Positions 41,835 through 53,989 of a DNA stretch of 64,000 bases are shown here, in pieces. This DNA comes from Balanoglossus misakiensis (Eukaryota > Animalia > Hemichordata). The position numbers were made by a program, and so were the translations under genes. The notes below the pieces were generated by a model. That model worked only from the letters and a program-made list of their open reading frames with translations. It ran no database searches and had not been told where the DNA came from. The stretch covers positions 10,495,309-10,559,308 of the forward strand of contig CM082591.2 of NCBI GenBank assembly GCA_040954595.2, in the 5' to 3' direction. Every line of letters starts with the position of its first letter. The stretch's first letter is position 1.

Positions 41835-44800
41835 ATGTGTAAACAAACGAGGCTGTGTTTGGAAGCAACCATGGAAACTTTAGAACTATCCGTCGATCTA
41901 CAGAGTCTAGTGGAAAACTTTCTTATGCGCATAGACCTATCATGTGTTCTGCGCATCACACCAGAATTTTGTAAACAAACGAGGCTGTGTTTGGAAGCAA
42001 CCATGGAACTATCCGTCGATCTACAGAGTCTAGTGGAAAACTTTCTTATCCTCATAGGCCTATCATGTGTTCTGCGCATCACAACAGAATTTTGTAAACA
42101 AACGAGGCTGTGTTTGGAAGCAACAATGGAAACTTTAGAACTATCCGTCGATCTACAGAGTCTAGTGGAAAACTTTCTTATCCTGATAGGCCTATCATGT
42201 GTTTTGCGCATCACAACAGAATTTTGTAAACAAACGAGGCTGTGTTTGGAAGCAACCATGGAAACTTTAGAACTATCCGTCGATCTACAGAGTGTAGTGG
42301 AAAACTTTCTTATCCTCATAGGCCTATCATGTGTTCTGCGCATCACAACAGAATTTTGTAAACAAACAAGGCTGTGTTTGGAAGCAACCATGGAAACTTT
42401 AGAACTATCCGTCGATCTACAGAATCTAGTGGAAAACTTTCTTATCCTCATAGGCCTATCATGTGTTCTGCGCATCACAACAGAATTGTGTAAACAAACG
42501 AGGCTGTGTTTGGAAGCAACAATGGAAACTTTAGAACTATCCGTCGATCTACAGAGTCTAGTGGAAAACTTTCTTATCCTCATAGACCTATCATGTGTTC
42601 TGCGCATCACAACAGAATTTTGTAAACAAACGAGGCTGTGTTTGGAAGCAACCATGGAAAGTTTAGAACTATCCGTCGATCTACAGAGTCTAGTGGAAAA
42701 CTTTCTTATGCGCATAGACCTATCATGTGTTCTGCGCATCACAACAGAATTTTGTAAACAAACGAGGCTGTGTTTGGAAGCAACCATGGAAACTTTAGTC
42801 TATCCGTCGATCTACAGAGTCTAGTGGAAAACTTTCTGATCCTCATAGACCTATCATGTGTTCTGCGCATCACAACAGAATGTTGTAAACAAACGAGGCT
42901 GTCTTTGGAAGCAACCATGGAAACTTTAGAACTATCCGTCGATCTACAGAGTCTAGTGGAAAACTTTCTTATCCTCATAGGCCTATCATGTGTAAACAAA
43001 CGAGGCTGTGTTTGGAAGCAACCATGGAAACTTTAGAACTATCCGTCGATCTACAGAGTCTAGTGGAAAACTTTCTTATGCGCATAGACCTATCATGTGT
43101 TCTGCGCATCACACCCGAATTTTGTAAACAAACGAGGCTGTGTTTGGAAGCAACCATGGAACTATCCGTCGATCTACAGAGTCTAGTGGAAAACTTTCTT
43201 ATCCTCATAGGCCTATCATGTGTTCTGCGCATCACAACAGAATTTTGTAAACAAACGAGGCTGTGTTTGGAAGCAACAATGGAAACTTTAGAACTATCCG
43301 TCGATCTACAGAGTCTAGTGGAAAACTTTCTTATCCTGATAGGCCTATCATGTGTTTTGCGCATCACAACAGAATTTTGTAAACAAACGAGGCTGTGTTT
43401 GGAAGCAACCATGGAAACTTTAGAACTATCCGTCGATCTACAGAGTGTAGTGGAAAACTTTCTTATCCTCATAGGCCTATCATGTGTTCTGCGCATCACA
43501 ACAGAATTTTGTAAACAAACAAGGCTGTGTTTGGAAGCAACCATGGAAACTTTAGAACTATCCGTCGATCTACAGAATCTAGTGGAAAACTTTCTTATCC
43601 TCATAGGCCTATCATGTGTTCTGCGCATCACAACAGAATTGTGTAAACAAACGAGGCTGTGTTTGGAAGCAACAATGGAAACTTTAGAACTATCCGTCGA
43701 TCTACAGAGTCTAGTGGAAAACTTTCTTATCCTCATAGACCTATCATGTGTTCTGCGCATCACAACAGAATTTTGTAAACAAACGAGGCTGTGTTTGGAA
43801 GCAACCATGGAAAGTTTAGAACTATCCGTCGATCTACAGAGTCTAGTGGAAAACTTTCTTATGCGCATAGACCTATCATGTGTTCTGCGCATCACAACAG
43901 AATTTTGTAAACAAACGAGGCTGTGTTTGGAAGCAACCATGGAAACTTTAGTCTATCCGTCGATCTACAGAGTCTAGTGGAAAACTTTCTGATCCTCATA
44001 GACCTATCATGTGTTCTGCGCATCACAACAGAATGTTGTAAACAAACGAGGCTGTCTTTGGAAGCAACCATGGAAACTTTAGAACTATCCGTCGATCTAC
44101 AGAGTCTAGTGGAAAACTTTCTTATCCTCATAGGCCTATCATGTGTAAACAAACGAGGCTGTGTTTGGAAGCAACCATGGAAACTTTAGAACTATCCGTC
44201 GATCTACAGAGTCTAGTGGAAAACTTTCTTATGCGCATAGACCTATCATGTGTTCTGCGCATCACACCAGAATTTTGTAAACAAACGAGGCTGTGTTTGG
44301 AAGCAACCATGGAACTATCCGTCGATCTACAGAGTCTAGTGGAAAACTTTCTTATCCTCATAGGCCTATCATGTGTTTTGCGCATCACAACAGATTTTTG
44401 TAAACAAACGAGGCTGTGTTTGGAAGCAACCATGGAAACTTTAGAACTATCCGTCGATCTACAGAGTGTAGTGGAAAACTTTCTTATCCTCATAGGCCTA
44501 TCATGTGTTCTGCGCATCACAACAGAATTTTGTAAACAAACAAGGCTGTGTTTGGAAGCAACCATGGAAACTTTAGAACTATCCGTCGATCTACAGAATC
44601 TAGTGGAAAACTTTCTTATCCTCATAGGCCTATCATGTGTTCTGCGCATCACAACAGAATTTTGTAAACAAACGAGGCTGTGTTTGGAAGCAACAATGGA
44701 AACTTTAGAACTATCCGTCGATCTACAGAGTGTAGTGGAAAACTTTCTTATCCTCATAGACCTATCATGTGTTCTGCGCATCACAACAGAATTTTGTAAA

Positions 44801-46020
44801 CAAACGAGGCTGTGTTTGGAAGCAACCATGGAAACTTTAGAACTATCCGTCGATCTACTGAGTCTAGTGGAAAACTTTCTTATCCTCATAGACCTATCAT
44901 GTGTTCTGCGCATCACAACAGAATTTTGTAAACAAACGAGGCTGTGTTTGGAAGCAACCATGGAAAGTTTAGAACTATCCGTCGATCTACAGAGTCTAGT
45001 GGAAAACTTTCTTATGCGCATAGACCTATCATGTGTTCTGCGCATCACAACAGAATTTTGTAAACAAACGAGGCTGTGTTTGGAAGCAACCATGGAAACT
45101 TTAGTCTATCCGTCGATCTACAGAGTCTAGTGGAAAACTTTCTGATCCTCATAGACCTATCATGTGTTCTGCGCATCACAACAGAATGTTGTAAACAAAC
45201 GAGGCTGTCTTTGGAAGCAACCATGGAAACTTTAGAACTATCCGTCGATCTACAGAGTCTAGTGGAAAACTTTCTTATCCTCATAGGCCTATCATGTGTA
45301 AACAAACGAGGCTGTGTTTGGAAGCAACCATGGAAACTTTAGAACTATCCGTCGATCTACAGAGTCTAGTGGAAAACTTTCTTATGCGCATAGACCTATC
45401 ATGTGTTCTGCGCATCACACCAGAATTTTGTAAACAAACGAGGCTGTGTTTGGAAGCAACCATGGAACTATCCGTCGATCTACAGAGTCTAGTGGAAAAC
45501 TTTCTTATCCTCATAGGCCTATCATGTGTTTTGCGCATCACAACAGATTTTTGTAAACAAACGAGGCTGTGTTTGGAAGCAACCATGGAAACTTTAGAAC
45601 TATCCGTCGATCTACAGAGTGTAGTGGAAAACTTTCTTATCCTCATAGGCCTATCATGTGTTCTGCGCATCACAACAGAATTTTGTAAACAAACAAGGCT
45701 GTGTTTGGAAGCAACCATGGAAACTTTAGAACTATCCGTCGATCTACAGAATCTAGTGGAAAACTTTCTTATCCTCATAGGCCTATCATGTGTTCTGCGC
45801 ATCACAACAGAATTTTGTAAACAAACGAGGCTGTGTTTGGAAGCAACAATGGAAACTTTAGAACTATCCGTCGATCTACAGAGTGTAGTGGAAAACTTTC
45901 TTATCCTCATAGACCTATCATGTGTTCTGCGCATCACAACAGAATTTTGTAAACAAACGAGGCTGTGTTTGGAAGCAACCATGGAAACTTTAGAACTATC
46001 CGTCGATCTACTGAGTCTAG
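41835..46020. repeat. 1153-bp (9-monomer) higher-order repeat, ~3.6 copies
   Basis: Deletion junctions at 41835, 42988, 44141 and 45294, each 1153 bp apart (9x132-25-9-1). Three 329-aa ORFs in the track mirror this. Confidence 0.93.
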
Positions 46021-47419
46021 TGGAAATCTTTCTTATCCTCATAGACCTATCATGTGTTCTGCGCATCACAACAGAATTTTGTAAACAAACAAGGCTGTCT
46101 TTGCAAGCAACCATGGAAACTTTAGAACTATCCGTCGATCTACAGAGTCTAGTGGAAAACTTTCTTATGCGCATAGACCTATCATGTGTTCTGCGCATCA
46201 CAACAGAATTTTGTAAACAAACGAGGCTGTGTTTGGAAGCAACCATGGAAAGTTTAGAACTATCCGTCGATCTACAGAGTCTAGTGGAAAACTTTCTTAT
46301 GCGCATAGACCTATCATGTGTTCTGCGCATCACAACAGAACTTTGTAAACAAACGAGGCTGTGTTTGGAAGCAACAATGGAAACTTTAGAACTATCCGTC
46401 GATCTACTGAGTCTAGAGGAAAACTTTCTTATCCTCATAGACCTATCATGTGTTCTGCGCATCACAACAGAATTTTGTAAACAAACAAGGCTGTGTTTGG
46501 AAGCAACCATGGAAACTTTAGAACTATCCGTCGATCTACAGAGTCTAGTGGAAAACTTTCTTATCCTCATAGGCCTATCATGTGTTCTGCGCATCACAAC
46601 AGAATTTTGTAAACAAACGAGGCTGTGTTTGGAAGCAACAAAGGAAACTTTAGAACTATCCGTCGATCTACAGAGTCTAGTGGAAAACTTTCTTATCCTC
46701 ATAGACCTATCATGTGTTCTGCGCATCACAACAGAATTTTATAAACAAAAGAGGCTGTGTTTGGAAGCAACCATGGAAAGTTTAGAACTATCCGTCGATC
46801 TACAGAGTCTAGTGGAAAACTTTCTTATGCGCATAGACCTATCATGTGTTCTGCGCATCACAACAGAATTTTGTAAACAAACGAGGCTGTGTTTGGAAGC
46901 AACCATGGAAACTTTAGAACTATCCGTCGATCTACAGAGTCTAGTGGAAATCTTTCTTATCCTCATAGACCTATCATGTGTTCTGCGCATCACAACAGAA
47001 TTTTGTAAACAAACGAGGCTGTGTTTGGAAGCAACCATGGAAACTTTAGAACTATCCGTCGATCTACAGAGTCTAGTGGAAAACTTTCTTATGCGCATAG
47101 ACCTATCATGTGTTCTGCGCATCACACCAGAATTTTGTAAACAAACGAGGCTGTGTTTGGAAGCAACCATGGAACTATCCGTCGATCTACAGAGTCTAGT
47201 GGAAAACTTTCTTATCCTCATAGGCCTATCATGTGTTCTGCGCATCACAACAGAATTTTGTAAACAAACGAGGCTGTGTTTGGAAGCAACAATGGAAACT
47301 TTAGAACTATCCGTCGATCTACAGAGTCTAGTGGAAAACTTTCTTATCCTCATAGGCCTATCATGTGTTTTGCGCATCACAACAGAATTTTGTAAACAAA
47401 CGAGGCTGTGTTTGGAAGC

Positions 47420-50300
47420 AACCATGGAAACTTTAGAACTATCCGTCGATCTACAGAGTGTAGTGGAAAACTTTCTTATCCTCATAGGCCTATCATGTGG
47501 TCTGCGCATCACAACAGAATTTTGTAAACAAACGAGGCTGTGTTTGGAAGCAACAATGGAAACTTTAGAACTATCCGTCGATCTACAGAGTCTAGAGGAA
47601 AACTTTCTCATCCTCATAGACCTATCATGTGTTCTGCGCATCACAACAGAATTTTGTAAACAAACGAGGCTGTGTTTGGAAGCAACAATGAAAACTTTAG
47701 AACTATCCGTCGATCTACAGAGTCTAGTGGAATACTTTCTTATCCTCATAGACCTATCATGTGTTCTGCGCATCACAACAGAATTTTGTAAACAAACGAG
47801 GCTGTGTTTGGAAGCAACCATGGAAACTTTAGAACTATCCGTCGATCTACAGAGTCTAGTGGAAAACTTTCTTATGCGCATAGACCTATCATGTGTTCTG
47901 CACATCACAACAGAATTTTGTAAACAAACGAGGCTGTGTTTGGAAGCAACCATGGAAACTTTAGAACTATCCGTCGATCTACAGAGTCTAGTGGAAAACT
48001 TTCTTATCCTCATAGGCATATCATGTGTTCTGCGCATCACAACATAATTTTGTAAACAAACGAGGCTGTGTTTGGAAGCAACAATGGAAACTTTAGAACT
48101 ATCCGTCGATCTACAGAGTCTAGTGGAAAACTTTCTTATCCTCATAGACCTATCATGTGTTCTGCGCATCACAACAGAATTTTGTAAACAAACGAGGCTG
48201 TGTTTGGAAGCAACAATGGAAACTTTAGAACTATCCGTCGATCTACAGAGTCTAGAGGAAAACTTTCTCATCCTCATAGACCTATCATGTGTTCTGCGCA
48301 TCACAACAGAATTTTGTAAACAAACGAGGCTGTGTTTGGAAGCAACAATGGAAACTTTAGAACTATCCGTCGATCTACAGAGTCTAGTGGAAAACTTTCT
48401 TATCCTCATAGACCTATCATGTGTTCTGCGCATCACAACAGAATTTTGTAAACAAACGAGGCTGTGTTTGGAAGCAACAATGGAAACTTTAGAACTATCC
48501 GTCGATCTACAGAGTCTAGAGGAAAACTTTCTCATCCTCATAGACCTATCATGTGTTCTGCGCATCACAACAGAATTTTGTAAACAAACGAGGCTGTGTT
48601 TGGAAGCAACAATGGAAACTTTAGAACTATCCGTCGATCTACAGAGTCTAGTGGAAAACTTTCTTATCCTCATAGACCTATCATGTGTTCTGCGCATCAC
48701 AACAGAATTTTGTAAACAAACGAGGCTGTGTTTGGAAGCAACCATGGAAACTTTAGAACTATCCGTCGATCTACAGAGTCTAGTGGAAAACTTTCTTATG
48801 CGCATAGACCTATCATGTGTTCTGCGCATCACAACAGAATTTTGTAAACAAACGAGGCTGTGTTTGGAAGCAACCATGGAAACTTTAGAACTATCCGTCG
48901 ATCTACAGAGTGTAGTGGAAAACTTTCTTATCCTCATAGGCCTATCATGTGGTCTGCGCATCACAACAGAATTTTGTAAACAAACGAGGCTGTGTTTGGA
49001 AGCAACAATGGAAACTTTAGAACTATCCGTCGATCTACAGAGTCTAGAGGAAAACTTTCTCATCCTCATAGACCTATCATGTGTTCTGCGCATCACAACA
49101 GAATTTTGTAAACAAACGAGGCTGTGTTTGGAAGCAACAATGAAAACTTTAGAACTATCCGTCGATCTACAGAGTCTAGTGGAAAACTTTCTTATCCTCA
49201 TAGACCTATCATGTGTTCTGCGCATCACAACAGGATTTTGTAAACAAACGAGGCTGTGTTTGGAAGCAACCATGGAAACTTTAGAACTATCCGTCGATCT
49301 ACAGAGTCTAGTGGAAAACTTTCTTATGCGCATAGACCTATCATGTGTTCTGCACATCACAACAGAATTTTGTAAACAAACGAGGCTGTGTTTGGAAGCA
49401 ACCATGGAAACTTTAGAACTATCCGTCGATCTACAGAGTCTAGTGGAAAACTTTCTTATCCTCATAGGCCTATCATGTGTTCTGCGCATCACAACATAAT
49501 TTTGTAAACAAACGAGGCTGTGTTTGGAAGCAACAATGGAAACTTTAGAACTATCCGTCGATCTACAGAGTCTAGTGGAAAACTTTCTTATCCTCATAGA
49601 CCTATCATGTGTTCTGCGCATCACAACAGAATTTTGTAAACAAACGAGGCTGTGTTTGGAAGCAACAATGGAAACTTTAGAACTATCCGTCGATCTACAG
49701 AGTCTAGAGGAAAACTTTCTCATCCTCATAGACCTATCATGTGTTCTGCGCATCACAACAGAATTTTGTAAACAAACGAGGCTGTGTTTGGAAGCAACAA
49801 TGGAAACTTTAGAACTATCCGTCGATCTACAGAGTCTAGTGGAAAACTTTCTTATCCTCATAGACCTATCATGTGTTCTGCGCATCACAACAGAATTTTG
49901 TAAACAAACGAGGCTGTGTTTGGAAGCAACCATGGAAACTTTAGAACTATCCGTCGATCTACAGAGTCTAGTGGAAAACTTTCTTATGCGCATAGACCTA
50001 TCATGTGTTCTGCGCATCACAACAGAATTTTGTAAACAAACGAGGCTGTGTTTGGAAGCAACCATGGAAACTTTAGAACTATCCGTCGATCTACAGAGTC
50101 TAGTGGAAAACTTTCTTATCCTCATAGGCCTATCATGTGTTCTGCGCATCACAACATAATTTTGTAAACAAACGAGGCTGTGTTTGGAAGCAACAATGGA
50201 AACTTTAGAACTATCCATCGATCTACAGAGTCTAGTGGAAAACTTTCTTATCCTCATAGACCTATCATGTGTTCTGCGCATCACAACAGAATTTTGTAAA
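47420..50300. repeat. 1452-bp (11-monomer) repeat followed by a 660-bp sub-repeat
   Basis: TGTGGTCTG at ~47496 and ~48948, ATGAAAAC at 47688 and 49140, and ACATAA stops ending at 48047, 49499 and 50159. Confidence 0.85.
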
Positions 50301-53300
50301 CAAACGAGGCTGTGTTTGGAAGCAACCATGGAAACTTTAGAACTATCCGTCGATCTACAGAGTCTAGTGGAAAACTTTCTTATCCTTATAGGCCTATCAT
50401 GTGTTCTGCGCATCACAACAGAATTTTGTAAACAAACGAGGCTGTGTTTGGAAGCAACAATGGAAACTTTAGAACTATCCGTCGATCTACAGAGTCTAGT
50501 GGAAAACTTTCTTATCCTCATAGACCTATCATGTGTTCTGCGCATCACAACAGAATTTTGTAAACAAACAAGGCTGTGTTTTGAAGCAACCATGGAAACT
50601 TTAGAACTATCCGTCGATCTACAGAGTCTAGTGGAAAACTTTTTTATCCCCATAGGCCTATCATGTGTAAACAAACGAGGCTGTGTTTGGAAGCAACCAT
50701 AGAAACTTTAGAACTATCCGTCGATCTACAGAGTCTAGTGGAAAACTTTCTTATGCGCATAGACCTATCATGTGTTCTGCGCATCACACCAGAATTTTGT
50801 AAACAAACGAGGCTGTGTTTGGAAGCAACCATGGAACTATCCGTCGATCTACAGAGTCTAGTGGAAAACTTTCTTATGCGCATAGACCTATCATGTGTTC
50901 TGCGCATCACAACAGAATTTTGTAAACAAACGAGGCTGTGTTTAAAAGCAACCATGGAAACTTTAGAACTATCCGTCGATCTACAGAGTCTAGTGGAAAA
51001 CTTTCTTATCCTCATAGACCTATCATGTGTTCTGCGCATCACAACAGGATTTTGTAAACAAACGAGGCTGTGTTTGGAAGCAACCATGGAAACTTTAGAA
51101 CTATCCGTCGATCTACAGAGTCTAGTGGAAAACTTTCTTATGCGCATAGACCTATCATGTGTTCTGCGCATCACAACAGAATTTTGTAAACAAACGAGGC
51201 TGTGTTTGGAAGCAACCATGGAAACTTTAGAACTATCCGTCGATCTACAGAGTCTAGTGGAAAACTTTCTTATCCTCATAGGCCTATCATGTGTTCTGCG
51301 CATCACAACATAATTTTGTAAACAAACGAGGCTGTGTTTGGAAGCAACAATGGAAACTTTAGAACTATCCGTCGATCTACAGAGTCTAGTGGAAAACTTT
51401 CTTATCCTCATAGACCTATCATGTGTTCTGCGCATCACAACAGAATTTTGTAAACAAACGAGGCTGTGTTTGGAAGCAACCATGGAAACTTTAGAACTAT
51501 CCGTCGATCTACAGAGTCTAGTGGAAAACTTTCTTATGCGCATAGACCTATCATGTGTTCTGCGCATCACAACAGAATTTTGTAAACAAACGAGGCTGTG
51601 TTTGGAAGCAACCATGGAAACTTTAGAACTATCCGTCGATCTACAGAGTCTAGTGGAAAACTTTCCTATGCGCATAGGCCTATCATGTGTTCTGCGCATC
51701 ACAACAGATTTCCTTAAATAAACGAGGCTGTGTTTGGAAGCATCCATGGAAATTTTAGAACTATCCGTCGATCTACCGAGTCTATCAGAAAACTTTCTCA
51801 TGCGCATAGGTCTATCGTGCGTTCTGCGCATCACAACAGAATTTTGTAAACAAACGAGGCTGTGTTTGGAAGCAACAATGGAAACTTTAGAACTATCCGT
51901 CGATCTACAGAGTCTAGTGGAAAACTTTATTATCCTCATAGACCTATCATGTGTTCTGCGCATCACAACAGAATTTTGTAAACAAACGAGGCTGTGTTTG
52001 GAAGCAACCATGGAAACTTTAGAACTATCCGTCGATCTACAGAGTCTAGTGGAAAACTTTCTTATCCTCATAGACCTATCATGTGTTCTGCGCATCACAA
52101 CAGAATTTTGTAAACAAATGAGGCTGTGTTTGGAAGCAACCATGGAAACTTTAGAACTATCCGTCTATCTACAGAGTCTAGTGTAAAACTTTCTTATCCT
52201 CATAGGCCTATCATGTGTTCTGCGCATCACAACAGAATTTTGTAAACAAACGAGGCTGTGTTTGGAAGCAACAATGGAAACTTTAGAACTATCCGTCGAT
52301 CTACAGAGTCTAGTGGAAAACTTTCTTATCCTCATAGACCTATCATGTGTTCTGCGCATCACAACAGAATTTTGTAAACAAACGAGGCTGTGTTTGGAAG
52401 CAACCATGGAAACTTTAGAACTATCCGTCGATCTACAGAGTCTAGTGGAAAACTTTCTTATGCGCATAGACCTATCATGTGTTCTGCGCATCACAACAGA
52501 ATTTTGTAAACAAACGAGGCTGTGTTTGGAAGCAACCATGGAAACTTTAGATCTATCCGTCGATCTACAGAGTCTAGTGTAAAACTTTCTTATCCTCATA
52601 GGCCTATCATGTGTTCTGCGCATCACAACAGAATTTTGTAAACAAACGAGGCTGTGTTTGGAAGCAACAATGGAAACTTTAGAACTATCCGTCGATCTAC
52701 AGAGTCTAGTGGAAAACTTTCTTATCCTCATAGACCTATCATGTGTTCTGCGCATCACAACAGAATTTTGTAAACAAACGAGGCTGTGTTTGGAAGCAAC
52801 CATGGAAACTTTAGAACTATCCGTCGATCTACAGAGTCTAGTGGAAAACTTTCTTATCCTCATAGACCTATCATGTGTTCTGCGCATCACAACATAATTT
52901 TGTAAAAAAAACGAGGCTGTGTTTGGAAGCAACCATGGAAACTTTAGAACTATCCGTCGATCTACAGAGTCTAGTGGAAAACTTTCCTATGCGCATAGGC
53001 CTATCATGTGTTCTGCGCATCACAACAGATTTCCTTAAATAAACGAGGCTGTGTTTGGAAGCATCCATGGAAATTTTAGAACTATCCGTCGATCTACCGA
53101 GTCTATCAGAAAACTTTCTCATGCGCATAGGTCTATCGTGTGTTCTGCGCATCACAACAGAATTTTGTAAACAAACGAGGCTGTGTTTGGAAGCAACCAT
53201 GGAAACTTTAGAACTAGCCGTCGATCTACAGAGTCTAGTGGAAAACTTTTTTATCCTCATAGGCCTATCATGTGTTTTGCGCATCACAACAGAATTTTGT

Positions 53301-53989
53301 AAATAAACGAGGGTGTGTTTGGAAGCAACCATGGAAACTTTAGAACTATCCGTCGATCTACAGAGTCTAGTGGAAAACTTTCTTATGCGCATAGACCTAT
53401 CATGTGTTCTGCGCATCACAACAGAATTTTGTAAACAAACGAGGCTGTGTTTAAAAGCAACCATGGAAACTTTAGAACTATCCGTCGATCTACAGAGTCT
53501 AGTGGAAATTATTAAAACTTTCTTATCCTCATAGGCCTATCATGTGTTCTGCGCATCACAACAGAATTTTGTAAACAAACGAGGCTGTGTTTGGAAGCAA
53601 CCATGGAAACTTTAGAACTATCCGTCGATCTACAGAGTCTAGTGGAAAACTTTTTTATCCTCATAGGCCTATCATGTGTTCTGCGCATCACAACAGAATT
53701 TTGTAAACAAACGAGGCTGTGTTTGGAAGCAACCATGGAAACTTTAGAACTATCCGTCGATCTACAGAGTCTAGTGGAACACTTTCTTATCCTCATAGGC
53801 CTATCATGTGTTTTGCGCATCACAACAGAATTGTGTAAATAAACGAGGGTGTGTTTGGAAGCAACCATGGAAACTTTAGAGCTATCCGTCGATCTACAGA
53901 GTCTAGTGGAAAACTTTCTTATGCGCATAGACCTATCATGTGTTCTGCACATCACAACAGAATTTTGTAAACAAACGAGGCTGTGTTTA

